From Moniliella sp. 'wahieum' (taxonomy: Eukaryota), in NCBI GenBank assembly GCA_003971905.1, contig RSEE01000055.1, positions 248,001 to 312,000 on the forward strand: a stretch of 64,000 nucleotides of DNA, read 5' to 3'. This document shows, piece after piece, positions 49,337-62,900 of the stretch. Position 1 is the stretch's first letter. Each line of letters begins with the position of its first letter. The position numbers were made by a program, and so were the translations under genes. The notes under the pieces were generated by a model. It worked only from the letters and a program-made list of their open reading frames with translations, was not told where the DNA came from and searched no databases.

Positions 49337-52300
49337 ATGGCTGAACTTGACGAACGGGGCATCCGAAATGCTCGGGGGCCTTGGCCTGGGCCAGGTGTTG
49401 CGCGAGCTCGGCGTCGCCGACGAGGGGTCGTCCGAGGCGATGCACAAGCTCGGGCTGGCCCAGCACTCGGCCCTGCAAGCATCGACCATCTACAATGACA
49501 AACTTTGAGGACGACGACGGCGGTGTTCCTGTCCCCGAAATGACTGAGGAGGAAAAAGCGGCTCGCGCCGAGGAGCAGGCCGAGGCGGAAAAGTATTATC
49601 GTCTTGGTGCCGCTTCGCTGCTGCCACAACACAAATCGGAGGAACAAATCTTGCGGGAAGAGAGAGAGAAGGAGGCAGAAAAAGGAGAAAAGCGCAGTCG
49701 TTCTCGACGAACTCAAGCAATGTTGCCTGAGTACAAACGCGATGCCGTGCTCGACTTTACCGAGCTGTTTACTGCACCGCGCCCGGCCAAGAAAACGCAG
49801 GTTGGTCCCACCGAAGGGGTTTGGTGCGATCCCATATCTTTCGCCCCTCTCTCTTCTTCCCCCCCCCCCCACTCGCATGTCTAACACTCCTTCAGGTTTG
49901 GCCCTCCTCCAGCCGTGCCCTTGGAGCAGCGACGGGAGGTGTGTCGCGGTATCATCCAGATGTGACGGTGCGGCCAGTTCAGACTTGGTGGAGAAATTCA
50001 AAACGACGTCGGGCCGGCCTGCGGCCGGGGTGGAACATTGCAGGAAGAATGTTGGACCTTCTTTGTCGACGGAAGGATGGAACGTCCAAGCGTGGACTGT
50101 AGCGAGGGCGACTTTTTCCGAAGGATGCCACCCTCACTGACGACTTGATTGGGACGACGCGATTCGGTGGCACGCCGCCGAACTCAAACCCAAGGGGCCA
50201 CACAGTTTTACTTGACTGAACGATGACCAAATGGTGTTTTTGAGAGGTGACGCCGGATGCGGCAAGTTCTCAGGTCTCACCCCTCTGCCCGTGCGACACG
50301 TCTGCAGCCAACTTGAACCCACTCAACTTGTCGAACGATCGATTCTATGAGATCCCAAGAGAGCATCGGCAAAAGGTGCGGCAGACTTTGGGTCAATTGG
50401 TTGTCCAGCACGCTCGTCCTGGCCCACCTTCAGCTGCCATTCTACAAGACGCGTTGATCAGGCAGAGCTGAATTCGTTCCATCGTCCTCACATCCAATTC
50501 CCCAACAACATTGTCATCCTTTCAATAAGGTCCAGTCCAAACGGAAGGACGGCTTAAGAAAGCCAAGGGAAGGATGCGTTGACGTGTTCACTCGACCAGC
50601 GACCTGAGTCTGAGGATACGAGCTCGTTTGTGTTGTACGAGTACTCAGAGGAGCACCCGCCCGTCTGTCCAACTATGGTATGGGCCACATCTCGTCAACT
50701 ACTTCCGTAAGAAGAGTGCCAAGGAAGAAGAAACCATCCCGCGTGCCGACTTGGGAGAGACATTTGTGTTGGAACCACAAGACGAATCGCCGTTCATGGG
50801 GTTTGGTCAGGTGGAGCCAGGACAGATGCAGCCAACGCTGTACAACAATATGATCCGCGCCCCGCTCTTCCCCCACAAGCCCCAGCCCACTGACTTCTCT
50901 TGATCCGCAACACCAACAAGGATCAAGTCACGTACCATTTGCGCAACATTCAGCATGCGTTTGTTGTCGGCCAGCAGTTCCCCATTGTCCAAATCCCAGG
51001 ACCGCATGCACGCTTGGCCTCCAACCTGATCAAAACCCGCCTCCACATGATTACCCACAAACTCATCCAGCGCAAGGGTCATCGGATCAAGATGCATCGT
51101 GTGATGCGCTACTTCCCCGATTACAACGGGTTGCAGATGCGCCAGCGACTTCGTGAGTTTATGGAGTACAACCGTAAAGCTGGTGATCCCGATCAAGGCT
51201 TTTGGAAATTGATGCCGGGAACGCCGGTGCCAGAAGAGGGTGCGTTGTACAAACAGCTGCCGCCGGAACATATGGTGCTGTGCGAGAGCATGCAGGCTGG
51301 CCAGCAACGGCTGGTGGACTTGGGTCTGCTGAAATTGGGCGACGACGCAAATGAAGACGAAGAGTCGGGCGAAGGGAACGAGGTGGAGCAGTCGGTGGCG
51401 CCTTGGTTGTTGAGCAAGAACTTTTTGAATGGTGCGTCGGGTAAGGCGATGCTGGCACTTCATGGAGAAGGAGATCCGTCGGGACGCGGCGAGGCGTTCA
51501 GTTTCATTCGTGTGTCGATGAAGGAGATTTTCATTGCGGCGGGCGAGGATCCGTTGGAAAAGCGGGCAGCAATGGAGGCTGAAGCGATGAGCAAGTCGGG
51601 CCACCGATACAATGTGGCGGAACAACAGCAAATCTATCGCGCGGAAATCAACCGTATCTGGGAGGCGCAACGGCGTGCGCTCAGCGCGCCCAAGCCGCCG
51701 AAAGTCACCCGTCGCGACTTGGTCCCCCTCCACCGTGCTGTGCGCGCATACGAACAGGAAATTGTGGCCAACCAAGAAGCTCGGGAGGACGAGGCAGTCT
51801 CTGCTCCGCCCACGAACCACGATCGGTACGAGGGCAAGATCCTTCGCATTCGCCGCTTGGTCGATGGGGAGTGGCGCACGGAGTATGTGCGGGACCGGTC
51901 GACGATGGAGGACTACCTCCGGCAGCGGCAGACCCTGTTGGATGCCCAGATGGAGACGGAACAACTGGCTCCGACGGGCGATGCAGTGTTGGATGCTGCG
52001 CGGCAGAAACGGATTGCGCAGGCGATTGCTCACCTCAAGAAATGCCAGGACCGTCGGATGCAACGCAAACAAGCCCAAGCGGCCTCGGCGGGGAAAACAT
52101 TGGAGATCAACTTGCACAAGGCGGCTACCAAACGGACTTGTGGCCGGTGTGGCCAAGTGGGCCATATGGCCACGAACACTTCGTGCCCCTTGTTCAATAA
52201 GGTTCCGGCGGCCCCTGCTTCGGCTGCTGCAGCGGCAGCAGACGCCAACATGTCCTTGACCAACATGCCCGTTGGCTTGGGCTCTGCCAACCCCTTTGCT

Positions 52301-52476
52301 TCCTCCTCGACGGTTAACATTCGTGGCCCGGCCGGTTCGCCTCCTGGCGCAGCTCGCAGCCCCGTCGCCTCCGCCTCCTCACCCCCGCCTCCGCCCCACC
52401 CTTGGCCGGTGGACCCAAGTTGAAGTTTAAGATGAAGAAGCGGCCGAGCGCCCCGACGGGTGATGTTGGACGTTGA
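49337..52476 (+). CDS. TAF1: Transcription initiation factor TFIID subunit 1 (DUF3591 domain plus zinc knuckle); 5' half heavily frameshifted
   Basis: LDFTELF, NLSNDRFYE, QHARP, YEYSEEHPP, LVNYFRKK, SPFMGFGQVEPGQMQPTLYNNMIRAPLF, QMRQRLREFMEY, APWLLSKNF, LHGEGDPSGRGEAFSFIRVSMK, YNVAEQQQIY, CGRCGQVGHMATNTSCP. Stop at 52423 or, after a likely frameshift, 52476. Confidence 0.93.
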
Positions 52477-53180
52477 TGGTGAGCGCATATCCCGCAGCCC
52501 CGTCTGTTATTGTTGATGGAGGAGAGAATGGATGATGTGATTCCAAGGAGAGATACAGAAGGCTATGAGAAGGGTAAAGCCTTACAATCCCGAGGGTACC
52601 AGGGAGCAGAGAAGCGTCCGGACAGATAAGAAGGGTGATGTCCATTGTGTAGGATAGCGTGATTGGGGCATCGCGCCAACAGCTCCACCTCGACCGGATG
52701 CGGAGACGAGGCGATGAAAAACGGGCACGTTGGTATAGTCCGCAGTTGATGATTCATCTTCGATGTAACAGAAGAATACATGTGTGTATCGGACGAACGA
52801 CAGACATCACTGCCAGAGAGGCTAAGGGGAGGAGAGGCTAAGGAGAGGGTGACCACAGTCGAGAGGTAAAAAGCAAGGGTAGGGGAGCTATATTGGTATA
52901 GCAATCGTCCGTGTGGGGAAAAGAAAAGCAAGGCGACATGAAGCAAACACTGTGAGAAAGATGGGCGAGAGACATTCGAAGCGGAAAAAAATTGGAAATG
53001 GGTGCGAGATCAGCCAAAAACGCAATGTCAATAAGCAAAACTGTACTGGCAACAGGGTGTTGTAACTTGTCCTGCCGCGCGTCATCTCCGCGGTAGAGTT
53101 GGGAATGGCATGTGTGTAGGCGAGGAAGAGATTGCGAAACTGCACCTGGTGGCAGGCGCCCTCTCACCCTTTTGCCTAGT

Positions 53181-54664
53181 TCATGCGCCATACTTTTCTT
53201 CTTCTGGCGAAAATTGACACTGGGCCCAAGGAGCAGGAAGCATACGGCTTGGGTGATAGATTGCCATGGCCTTTCAGTCATGTCAGAATCATGCTCATCA
53301 GGAGTGGAAAATGAGTCACTCACCATCAAAGCAAGCCAAATTGGTACCCCATCAAAGACACACAGGTACCATTCATGACCGAAGAGGTAGAAGTTGTCAA
53401 ACGCGCTCATCTCTGCTGCTCGATAGATGCACCGTACCAACAGGCAAATAGCAGCGAACAAAGAGGCACCGGCATACTGACGTGTCCCTTTGGTCCAGCG
53501 ACCGTAAGAGACCAATGGGGAATCGCTGCCACTGGTAAGACCAAGCGTTCCTTCACTGGTATAATTCGTGTAATGAGGTGAGTTGTTGTCCTCTTCAAGA
53601 ACCGCTAAAGGCGAGACGTGGCGGTTCTCCTCAATCTGGTAGTTACGGTAGTGGCGATAAGAAAGTCGCACAAGAGGAACAGGTACAGGCATGTTACCAC
53701 AACTTGCAACCCAACTCCTCCGAGAGCAATGTACATCCCAACCTTTCCTCCATTTCCTGATGATGACTGAAAGAGAAGACATTATCGTTAGTACAATGGA
53801 GCCCACGTATGCCGTAATACGAAAACACATCGTTCAAGGGCAGGATAACAAAAGACTCACACTGTTGGTTGACGACCCTCCAGCCGCCTCCCACCCTGCA
53901 CCACCAATGAAAGAATGTCTAGAACTGTGAAGACAACGCAGGCACGTGTGAGTTTTGTCTGTTTTCAGGAATTGACCCGCCGTAGCAACAGGAAAGGCAT
54001 CAACAAACGTACTAAGGAAGGTGGTGAGGTACACCTTTTTCTTGACCCGGGAGAACTCATACCCGACACACGCCATGATATGGTCAAACCCAATATAATT
54101 CGAAGCACTGAGGAAGACGGGGGCAATGATGAGGATCACCATCTGGCCAATGTACGAATAGGTCAGAAATGGGCGGTAATGGCCTTGCAGTCGAAACGCC
54201 CATCCTACGATTTCCGCTAGGGAACAGATGGATGTGAAGATCATAAACCGCCCCGTGGCCAACGAATGAACCCTTGAGGCACCAGCGCCGCTGAGGCTAC
54301 CGAAAGAGTATGACAAAGACGATCGACGCAGAGAGCGCTGTTGAGAGGAAGGGACATGGTCTGTCAGCACGAAGATCAAATGCGAAGGAGAAGGGGGTTG
54401 TGGGGTAAGGGGGGTGAAACGAGGGAATTTTGACTGACATGGAATAAACCCATATGACGTTTCGTCAACGGAGCACGGTTGGTTGGGGCGGGGATCGACA
54501 AAGACGCAGTTGATGCCTGTTGAGTTGGTCATCGCGGCAGGTACAACGACGTTTGAAGATGACGGGGGATGGTGTAAATTCAAAGCAGAAGTAGGGATGG
54601 ATTGTGTGTTTATAAACGCGGCACGTGTTTTGTTATACTCGGCCACAGAGAGATACGCCTCCAT
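53181..54664 (-). CDS. RTA1-like multi-pass membrane protein (RTA1/Rsb1 family), multi-exon
   Basis: YGFIP, SLAEIVGWAFR, QMVILIIAPVFLSASNY, LLVRCIYRAAEM, HEWYLCVFDGVPIWLALM; after the last intron AMAIYHPSRMLP..*. Start is 54664 or 54532. Confidence 0.85.
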
Positions 54665-55291
54665 AGTACTACAACCAGTATAGAATGCAAGGGGCCTGCG
54701 CTTCGTGGATACGATAGCCGCCCATTGCAAGGGAGAGAGACCGCACAGAAGCAGTACAACGCTACAGAGAGGGTGGACGGCTGTGGCAGAAACTGCGATA
54801 CGCACTGCGAAGTTGCGAGCGGCTGCGAGCGTCTGCGACAACGCTGCGACCTGCGGTTCGCCTGTGCTGCGGTAGTAGGTACACAAGCCCTCGGAGCTCC
54901 GGCCGATCAAGTGTGCTGTGTGGCGTCCAATTGTCTTGTGCGAGGCGGCCCCGTTCCGCCTCTGTTCCGCCCCTCCTTATTGTGCCCCGTGCCTTCCCCT
55001 GATTGAACGTTGAATCCCCTGCCTTGCTCGCCTCCCATAAGTACTGAGTCTCCTCCCCTTCTCGATCTGACTCGTCTCCGATCTCATCGATCATCCGTTC
55101 CTAGATACAAGCGAGTACACGTAGTCTGCCTGGTACTGGTAAAAACTTAAGTTGCAATCGACATCTCTTTTTTGTAGTGGGATGGGAAGATGTAGCGTCC
55201 TGGTGCGGCCTGCTGCGACGTGTGCGGATGCGCAGCAGACAGAAGGTGAAAGCGGATGGGTGACCGAGATGAGCGGTGGTCCTTCAGGTGG

Positions 55292-55320
55292 AGCTTGAAG
55301 CTTGAAGCTTGAAGCTTGAA
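55292..55320. repeat. (AGCTTGA)4 heptamer repeat
   Basis: Read directly; same unit as 1485-1502, 7142-7154 and 46903-46934. Confidence 0.92.
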
Positions 55321-56864
55321 ACTAGCTTGAAGGGAGGGAACCGAGGAACCCACCGGAGCCGGAAAGGAATCCTGTCACGAACTATAAGCCGACGGAGCCC
55401 GAAATGTCGGAAACATAAACCGGAGCGGAGGGAAAAGACAGGGGCCCGCGGAAGCGGAATGACTAAGGCAGGAATTTGTCCAGGAGCCATATGCACTGCT
55501 GCTCAACACATCAGTGGGCAAGGCTCGGGCTCGGGCTCCTGCTTTAGCGTGTGCTGTGGCCGGCGCCGAGTGCGCTCTCGAGGCACCACCGTGTTCGCAT
55601 CGAACCTGGCGTGGTGCACCGGGTGGGCAGGAGCGGGTGGCTCTCCTAACCCGCTGTCCCGGGCTTCTTCCTGAGGATGAAACGGCCTGGGCGTGTGTCG
55701 GGATTGTATCCAACTTCTTATTGAAGGTTCGGATGTGCGAGGGCACAAGGCTGCCCGTTGGCGCATGGGGGGGAGTGTAGCTGGACAGGACAGTTGTAAA
55801 AACTGGAGCAGCGACAACTGGGGGGGGGCGGAGGGCATGTGGACAAAAGGCGACATGCAAAAAGGAAACTGGAACGCAGAAGAAGGGGAAGGCGCGGGGA
55901 CAAGAAAAACTCAGAAGAGCATGGCAGCATGTTGGCACTGAGCGTTTCAGGAGGGAGGATGGTGGGGGAGAGATGGATCTTGTTCAACAGCCGTCGGTTT
56001 TGATACACCCCGACGGCCATCTGTGGGGTAGTGTTGCGCCGTGGAAGCAGAGCGCTGTGTATTCGAATCGCAACCCTCAAACTAGAGGGCTGTGATCCAC
56101 GGTAGCAATGAGCGGCAACGATGTTGCGAGTAGAGCGAAGAGCGTGGAGGAAGCAACAAGGATACACGCAACTAGGACAGAAGAAGAGGAGAAAGGAAAA
56201 GGGCTGTGCGCACGTAGGCCAGACTGAGCGGGCGCTGAGGAGCCCCGTGCGGATGCGGATATGGCGCCAGCTAGGCCGAGGCTATCATCCCTCCACGCCA
56301 TATCACCATCGCCCAGTCCAGTCCAGCCCAGTGCAGTTCACCACCGAAACCATCACCACCCTCACCCCCACTTTCTCTTCCTCTCCTTCCCTCCCCCCGA
56401 CGCTTCTTACCTTGCACTTCCACGCACACACGCTATCGCTACTACCGCTCTCCCCGCGTCTTCGTCGAGCAGCTGTCTCCACCACCATCGAAGCAGGATT
56501 CCATTCGGTTGTCCTCAGTCTTTCTATTGCTCTGGCTTCACTTCACACTCCAGTGACTACTAGTTCTTTGAACTTGACATTACTGCCTGTTATTGCCTTG
56601 TCCCTTGCGCGAATTATTAAGGATTGGGGTGTCTCTTTCAAGGATTACGCGTTCAACTGTAGTGTGCTCTCTATATTCGCAAATTGACTGCACAGCCATA
56701 TGGAGGCATGTGTTAGGTGTGAACTGAAGATAAGAAATTCAACGGAACAATCAAACACTGCGCGGGCAAAGCCAGTACCCCGTATTTGTTGGGGGGCTTG
56801 AATTCAGCTTGCCTCTAGCTGCTGACGACTTCTGCGGAAGTACCAACTTGGAACAGGTGTTGCC

Positions 56865-58011
56865 TTAAGCCGCCTTAATGGCTGTAATAGCGGGCGCAAT
56901 CCCGTCGACGGGCAGAATGTGGCGTGTTCCCTCAATGATCTCTTTCTGGTGCTTCGCAATGAGGCGCTGCTTTTCATCGGGAGTAACCAAATCGACGTCT
57001 TGTCGTGGGTAAGGTACTCATTGGTGTAGTTGTGCACGAAGTCATTGGGGATCACTCCAAGACGCTTGCAGTAGCCAGTGACCTTGTCGAAGTCACGCTT
57101 CTCGCAGTAAAGATCCTTACAGAGATAAACGAAAGACCGCTCAAAGATACGGTCTTGCAACGGTGTGTCCATAACCTTCTTGCTCATCTTGAACTCGGCC
57201 CAGGTCCCCACCGGGTCGCTTGGATCTCGTCCGTAGCCCGCTTCACCGCGCGAAGGAAAGCCTTGGCTTTCTCTGGGTTCTTGGAGAGCCATGAGCATTT
57301 CCAATGTACAGGATCGAGCAGAAACAGCAGCAGCCCAAGCAGGCCAACTCGTCGATCCGAAGCATAAAGCATCCGTACGCGGCCGACCGTTCGCAACACA
57401 CCACTCCTCCAGTTCAGTTTGCTGCACATTTTCGAGTCCCACCCCCGCGTCGATCTCCCCCGCGATGATGTAGCGCGCAACATTCATGCCAACTTTCACG
57501 GCAGTGTAATCGGAAGGAGTCATGCCATAGTGCGCCGTCAACTCGTCCAGCTGGATCTTGCCAAACTGTCCCACGTACCCAATTTTCTTGCCGCGCAGCG
57601 ATTGGAAGTCGGACGTAATGCCCCGACCTTAATGCTGACAATCCCCGTAATGGGCTCGTCGAGCAACGTGCCAATGGCTTGGATGGGTGCTTGGGCGGCG
57701 ATGGTATGGATCATCGCCTTAAACCCGAGCGGAGCATACCCACTCGCAATTAGCTCTGTCACATCGCTCACATTGTGAGGTCAAGGATGGAAATCTTGAT
57801 CCCTTCTTCTTCAAAGTAGCCACGATCATTTGCACGGTACAAGGGCATGTGGTACGGCGCAGGCTGGAAAAGGGGGAAGATCACATGTGTCAGACAACGA
57901 GGTAAGAGCAGAAGATGATAGTGAGGGCAGTAAACTGATGGAAGTACTGACCGTCCAGTTAAGGAGAAAAGGGATTTTCTCTGTGTGAGTATTAGCAGGA
58001 GGCATAGGCAT
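56865..58011 (-). CDS. THI5: HMP-phosphate synthase for thiamine biosynthesis (THI5/NMT1 family), frameshifted
   Basis: EKIPFLLNWT|PAPYHMPLY, GYFEEEGIKISIL, SDVTELIASG, GFKAMIHTIAA (conserved Lys and His), FGKIQLDEL, IDAGVGLENVQ, ELACLGCCCFCSILYIGN (CCCFC motif). TATA-like box at 58110-58116. Confidence 0.95.
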
Positions 58012-59963
58012 GTTGATAAGGGGGCGAGAGAGACGACTTTGGCTGATAACGCGGATTGGGGGAAACAGAAACGGATGATGGGAGGCATGGTGTCCAGGTG
58101 AAGTGCCCCTTATATTGCTCTTGTGGGGAGGGAATTGTTTATCCTTACTACTTGATGTAAGTTATGCTTGATGGCCTGTGCACACCGCTGTGGTAGCGGA
58201 CAAATAGAAACGCCTACAGCACCCAGCCACAGCTCTTCAAGAATGGACATGTATCGATACGCACGAGCCACGTTCATGTGGACTGGAAGGTGCGTTGGAC
58301 TGCACGTTCCCTATGTTGTTAATACTGAATAAGCCGTTGGGTCTTGAGTGCTGAGTTCAGCACTATCCCAACCGTGTGGCGATGTGACCGACTACCCCAA
58401 CAAAAAAAGGATCTGAACAACTTACTCCTCGATCTCTTTTGGGGGGCGGTATAGAAGACACACGCAACAATCTCGGTTAAATTTTGGCGTTATCGACCGC
58501 CATCGCCCACACAGCCTGTATTTCATCTGCCGCGGATGAATACTTCCACGGCATGATCTTGATTGTATCAGATATACCTACAGGGAATGTCCCTCCCTTA
58601 AATTTACAGGGGGAGAGGTCTCTCGGTATTATGTGTGTGTTTGCGCGGGGGGTTTCATAATAGTCTTCTCGCCTCTCCCAGTCGGGGGGTGCTTTGGTGT
58701 GGCCAAGGACGTTGACACAGTATGCGGTACGTAGCGTGTGCTTTGACTTTCCCTCGGAGAAGGGATTGTGTGGCGTGCGCTATATAGAGTGTCTGTCCGC
58801 CGAGATGACGCGGTCCTGGTCGTGTGGGTGTCATCTGTCATATGAGGCATGTGTCGACGGCATTAGCGATTACCTTGATTACCGGTTACCGGTTACCACC
58901 GCAAAGACATCCTTTTCCTCAGTGCCCACCCACTAGCAATGGAGCTGGCAACGTGATGTGATTAACTCCGTCCGTCATATGACTCACTCGGGGACTGTAT
59001 GTGGTATAGATCTTAGAGGAAACTCCCCCTTCGTCCTTGCTGGTCTCCACCCCCCCCCCCTGGCGAGATGATGTCCGCATTCAAACCTCGCCAAACGTTC
59101 CGAGTTTCACGCTCTCATCGGCCATCGAGCATGATCAGTGTGGCATTAGTGAGATTATAGCCGTAAGCTCGTTGAATCAACAATACCACAGAGGGAGCAC
59201 CGAGGAACCAGAGTTTGCCCCTATTGAACCTAGGAGGTGCACATTTACATGGCTCTTCTACACAAGTGAAAAGTCCGCATGATCCGTGCGCACACAGTTC
59301 CTCAGAAGGAGGAATTATCTAAGCTTGTACTCTATACGTTTCAGATATGACAGCCCGCGTATATGGTAAGCTTGCAGGCCCTTCCCGAATGTATCGAAAT
59401 ACGCAGTACAGAGAAGTGGAAACGTGTTGGTGAGGGCTACGCTGGAAGAGCCATGGAAGCCCTTGATGAAGGCCACGAGTTAAACTGCACTTTAACCCCC
59501 CAAGCGGGGGTATTAAAGCATCTTCCTCTGGTTTGCAACCACACTTCTGGGCATATCGCCGACGAGCCGCACCTTTGGTTGCACGTTTTGCGTGGCAGCA
59601 ACCCTACTCGCATGACAGCAACCCTACTCTCAGAATGAACGAAACACCCGATCGACTATCTCAAGCTGTGGAGGTAAGACAGACCGCAACGGAAATAGCG
59701 CTGGTCTTATTAGGACCTGCCTTGCATAGATGTTTTCGCGGGAGGCTATACTCCAGAATGAGCACTCGATGCATCTCATTTTTGCCACTACTGACGTCGT
59801 CTGTACTTGTTGACAATGCCATTGCGACGCTCGAACACATGAAAGCACCCTGCCATCTGTTTCGCTTTTGCCCAGATGCTTTTAAATACAGAGAGCACCT
59901 TGCATGTGGGTGCTAGAGCAATGCTTGCCACCCTGTTCTCAGACGCCGTCAGTACTCTGTCTT

Positions 59964-62900
59964 CTAAAAAAGCCGATGACAACATACGGAGAAAAGTACG
60001 GCCAAGTTTGATCCAAGCGCGCTGCTGTATCAGCTCATGACGGAGTATTCCACGCTCAGACTGGTGGACAGTTTGCTCAATACCGCAGCCAACGCTCGGT
60101 CAGCCGCCAACTCGGCTGTCGACGTGACTGCCAACTTTCCTACGCCCACGTCGGACACAGAAGCCGTTGATGCCCATGGTGCAGCGCTCGTCCGCCTGGA
60201 CCGACGTCGCCCACGGGCATCCAAGTCTGGTTCGTCTTGTAGCTGCTGCAAGGCCTCAGGCCCAGCACCGTTAACAATCAAGTTTTCTCTCCGCTCGTTC
60301 TGCAATACCTTGACTGGGTTGGAGGTCCATGTGAACAAAGGGTCGTATTTGAACACCTCAAGATCGTCTTGATCAGCTCCGTGCCCTGGCGCAAAACACG
60401 TAAGGTTTCCTGGCTGCATTGGCGGAAGGCTCCGTCCACCCCGGGCAAACCCAGCCCATCAACCATGTCCCTCGTCAGCCGGAAAGGAACGGTCTCAGGG
60501 AAGCGCAAAAGTTTTCCTTGGTTGAAAGCCACCCCAAAATCGATGTGCACCAGCTCGCCCCCACTCATGTCAATCAAGATGTTGGACACGTGCCGATCTC
60601 CGATCCCCAGCACATGTCCCACAATCGAGGTGGTAGCCAAGCTACGCGAGTAGGCCAAGCGACTGGAGAACCATGCCATGGGCTCCTTGAATGTGTTTGT
60701 GAAAAAGTGACGAAATACAGGAGGAAGGCGTTTGGCACAATCCCTGTACACTTTGATCCGCTTCTCGGGCTCGTACGCCATTGCCTTGTGGATCGCCTGG
60801 CGACCGTCCGTAGGGGTCATTTCCTTTTTCCCAGGATTGTGATATCTGCGAAGAAGAGGTTAACTTTCCGTCCAGGCAACGGACAGAGAGGGACATACTG
60901 GTTGTGGAGGTTGGTCAAGACTCCGTAAAGTGGTTGGGTATTGTCTACAAACTGAAGCAGGCCCCATCGTTCTCCCAAGGGTCGGACGATGTATGTTCGA
61001 ATTCTCAGCTTGCGAGGGCGGGTGCGAGCGTCCTTGGTGAGAAGACGGTTTACTAAACGGAAAACTTGTTGCATTACCGCATCTTGGCGAAGGTCGTCCT
61101 TGTCCTTGAAGAGTTGCTTGTAGAACTTGCCGTCGCTCCCGACACAGGTGACGATCTTGGGAAGGTGTACACGCCACCTGAGGTGGTAAAAGTGGGCAAG
61201 TAGGAATGAATCGAGACAAACTTGGCGTATCGCCCCGTCTTGTCGATAGGGATTCGACCGTGGCAACAGGTGCGTCCATTTCACGCAGCCCTGACAGCCG
61301 AATCTCGCTTGGCTTAGGCATCCGCAGTTCCCCCTTCTTGATCACACCACCAGAGTAATACTTCGATCCTTGTGAGCGAAGATTATATTGTGCCCACTCC
61401 ACGTACGCGTCACACGCGAGCGCCATTGCCGACAACTGAGCTTGTCGTTGCGGTTCGGGGTGCACCATAAGTTGCCCCCAAATATCGTCCGCTTCCGCGG
61501 CCCGCAAGAGCTGAGAGAGCGACCCCCTTGGCTCTCCGGTGATTGAGCCATCCCATTTCGACGGAATGTCTCCATTGCCGCCTCGCCATTCTCCATTCCC
61601 ACACTGCGCATGGCATAGAGAGCGTAGAGTGTCTGGAAGGGGTGGTCTCGACACATGCGGTACATAGTCTGGCGGATGAGGGCATGGAAGACGTCCCTGG
61701 TGTTGGGCTGAGTGGATGAGGTACTACTCAGACGTGCCGAGAATTGATGGGCCAGCTCGACAAACTTCCACGAGGGAATCTCCTCCAACACACTCTCGAG
61801 CGTCTCATTGAGCCGCTGGTCGTCGGCATGCTCAAACCAAAGTGATGTAAATCGTAATAGCGACTCGTCGTACAGGTCCGACGTGATCACTGTCTGGGCA
61901 GACATGATCATCGCATGTTGAGGAGCTCGCGCTGGGTCGCTTCCCATGTAACCAGGCGACGCTTATCTTCGTTGAGCGTAATCTTGGCCTCGTTACGAGC
62001 AAGCAAGAGCGTGCGTAATTCCTCTTCATCCATCTGCGACTTGTTCAGTGCTTCGTTCTGAGCCAATTCCTCCGTTCGCTTGGAAATGAACGACTGCAGC
62101 TGACGCGCATTGGTGTCCGTCTGACCGCGCTTGTATTGGCTAAAGGCGAATGAGGCAAAGCGATGGTAAATGAGCGACTGCGCCTGAGGGTCCAGCCCTC
62201 CGCGTTCAATATACCCGATCGCCTTGACAAAGTACTCCTGCTTGATTACTGACGGCTGCTCTGACCTTGCCTCCGAATGCCACATGGCCTTTTCAATCTG
62301 TCAGTATATCACTCGGCAAAGTGAAAGGGGGAAACGGGTTGGACGCACCATTTGCGTCAGAGCATCCCCTATCTGCTCTGCCGTCGCGTTGCTTGTCTTG
62401 GCGTCAAGGCTGGAGGCGAGAAATTTCTGGGCATCGGCATGTTGGCCATAAGCCCAGAGCATGTTGGCAAATTCGAGGGTGGAGGCGAACTGTTTCTCCA
62501 TCACCGCCTGCTCTAGCTGCTGTACAGTCTTGTTCATCGTCAGGCTCACTTGCAGTCGGTTCTGTCCCGAGCCAAGCGCGAAATATCTCGACAAAGAGCA
62601 GACTCGACTTCCACAGCTCGGCGCACCTCCTCATCGTCCCATCCGCCAATCGACATCTTGACGCGCTGCGATCGGACACTCTGGATGAGTGAGCGGCGCA
62701 CTTGGGCCGTCTGTAATTGCGCTGCGGGCCTGAAGAAAATGTCAGCGCTTCGGACTGAGGCAAGGGGGGAAGACGTACTCTATATCCTTGACCAGATCGA
62801 CCGCATCCGCGGCCAAATAGACCTTCTGCATCACATCGAGCGAGGCCATGGACAAAGGTTGGGCGCGTGACTCGATCAACCACCTCTGCACCTCACCTAC

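Noticed and set aside
57982..58088. Alternative THI5 start at 58088 via a GTTTCT..GCTAAT..CAG intron (MPPIIQKIPFLLNW)
   Set aside because: It would be in frame, but the donor site is weak and the ATG is only ~22 bp from the putative TATA box. Left as an unresolved alternative.
57860..58700. TPP riboswitch in or upstream of THI5/NMT1 (known from other fungal NMT1 genes)
   Set aside because: I found no CTGAGA…TGATC..GATAAT.CCAGCG aptamer core on the coding strand in the leader, the first intron or the upstream region. An Rfam RF00059 scan would be decisive.
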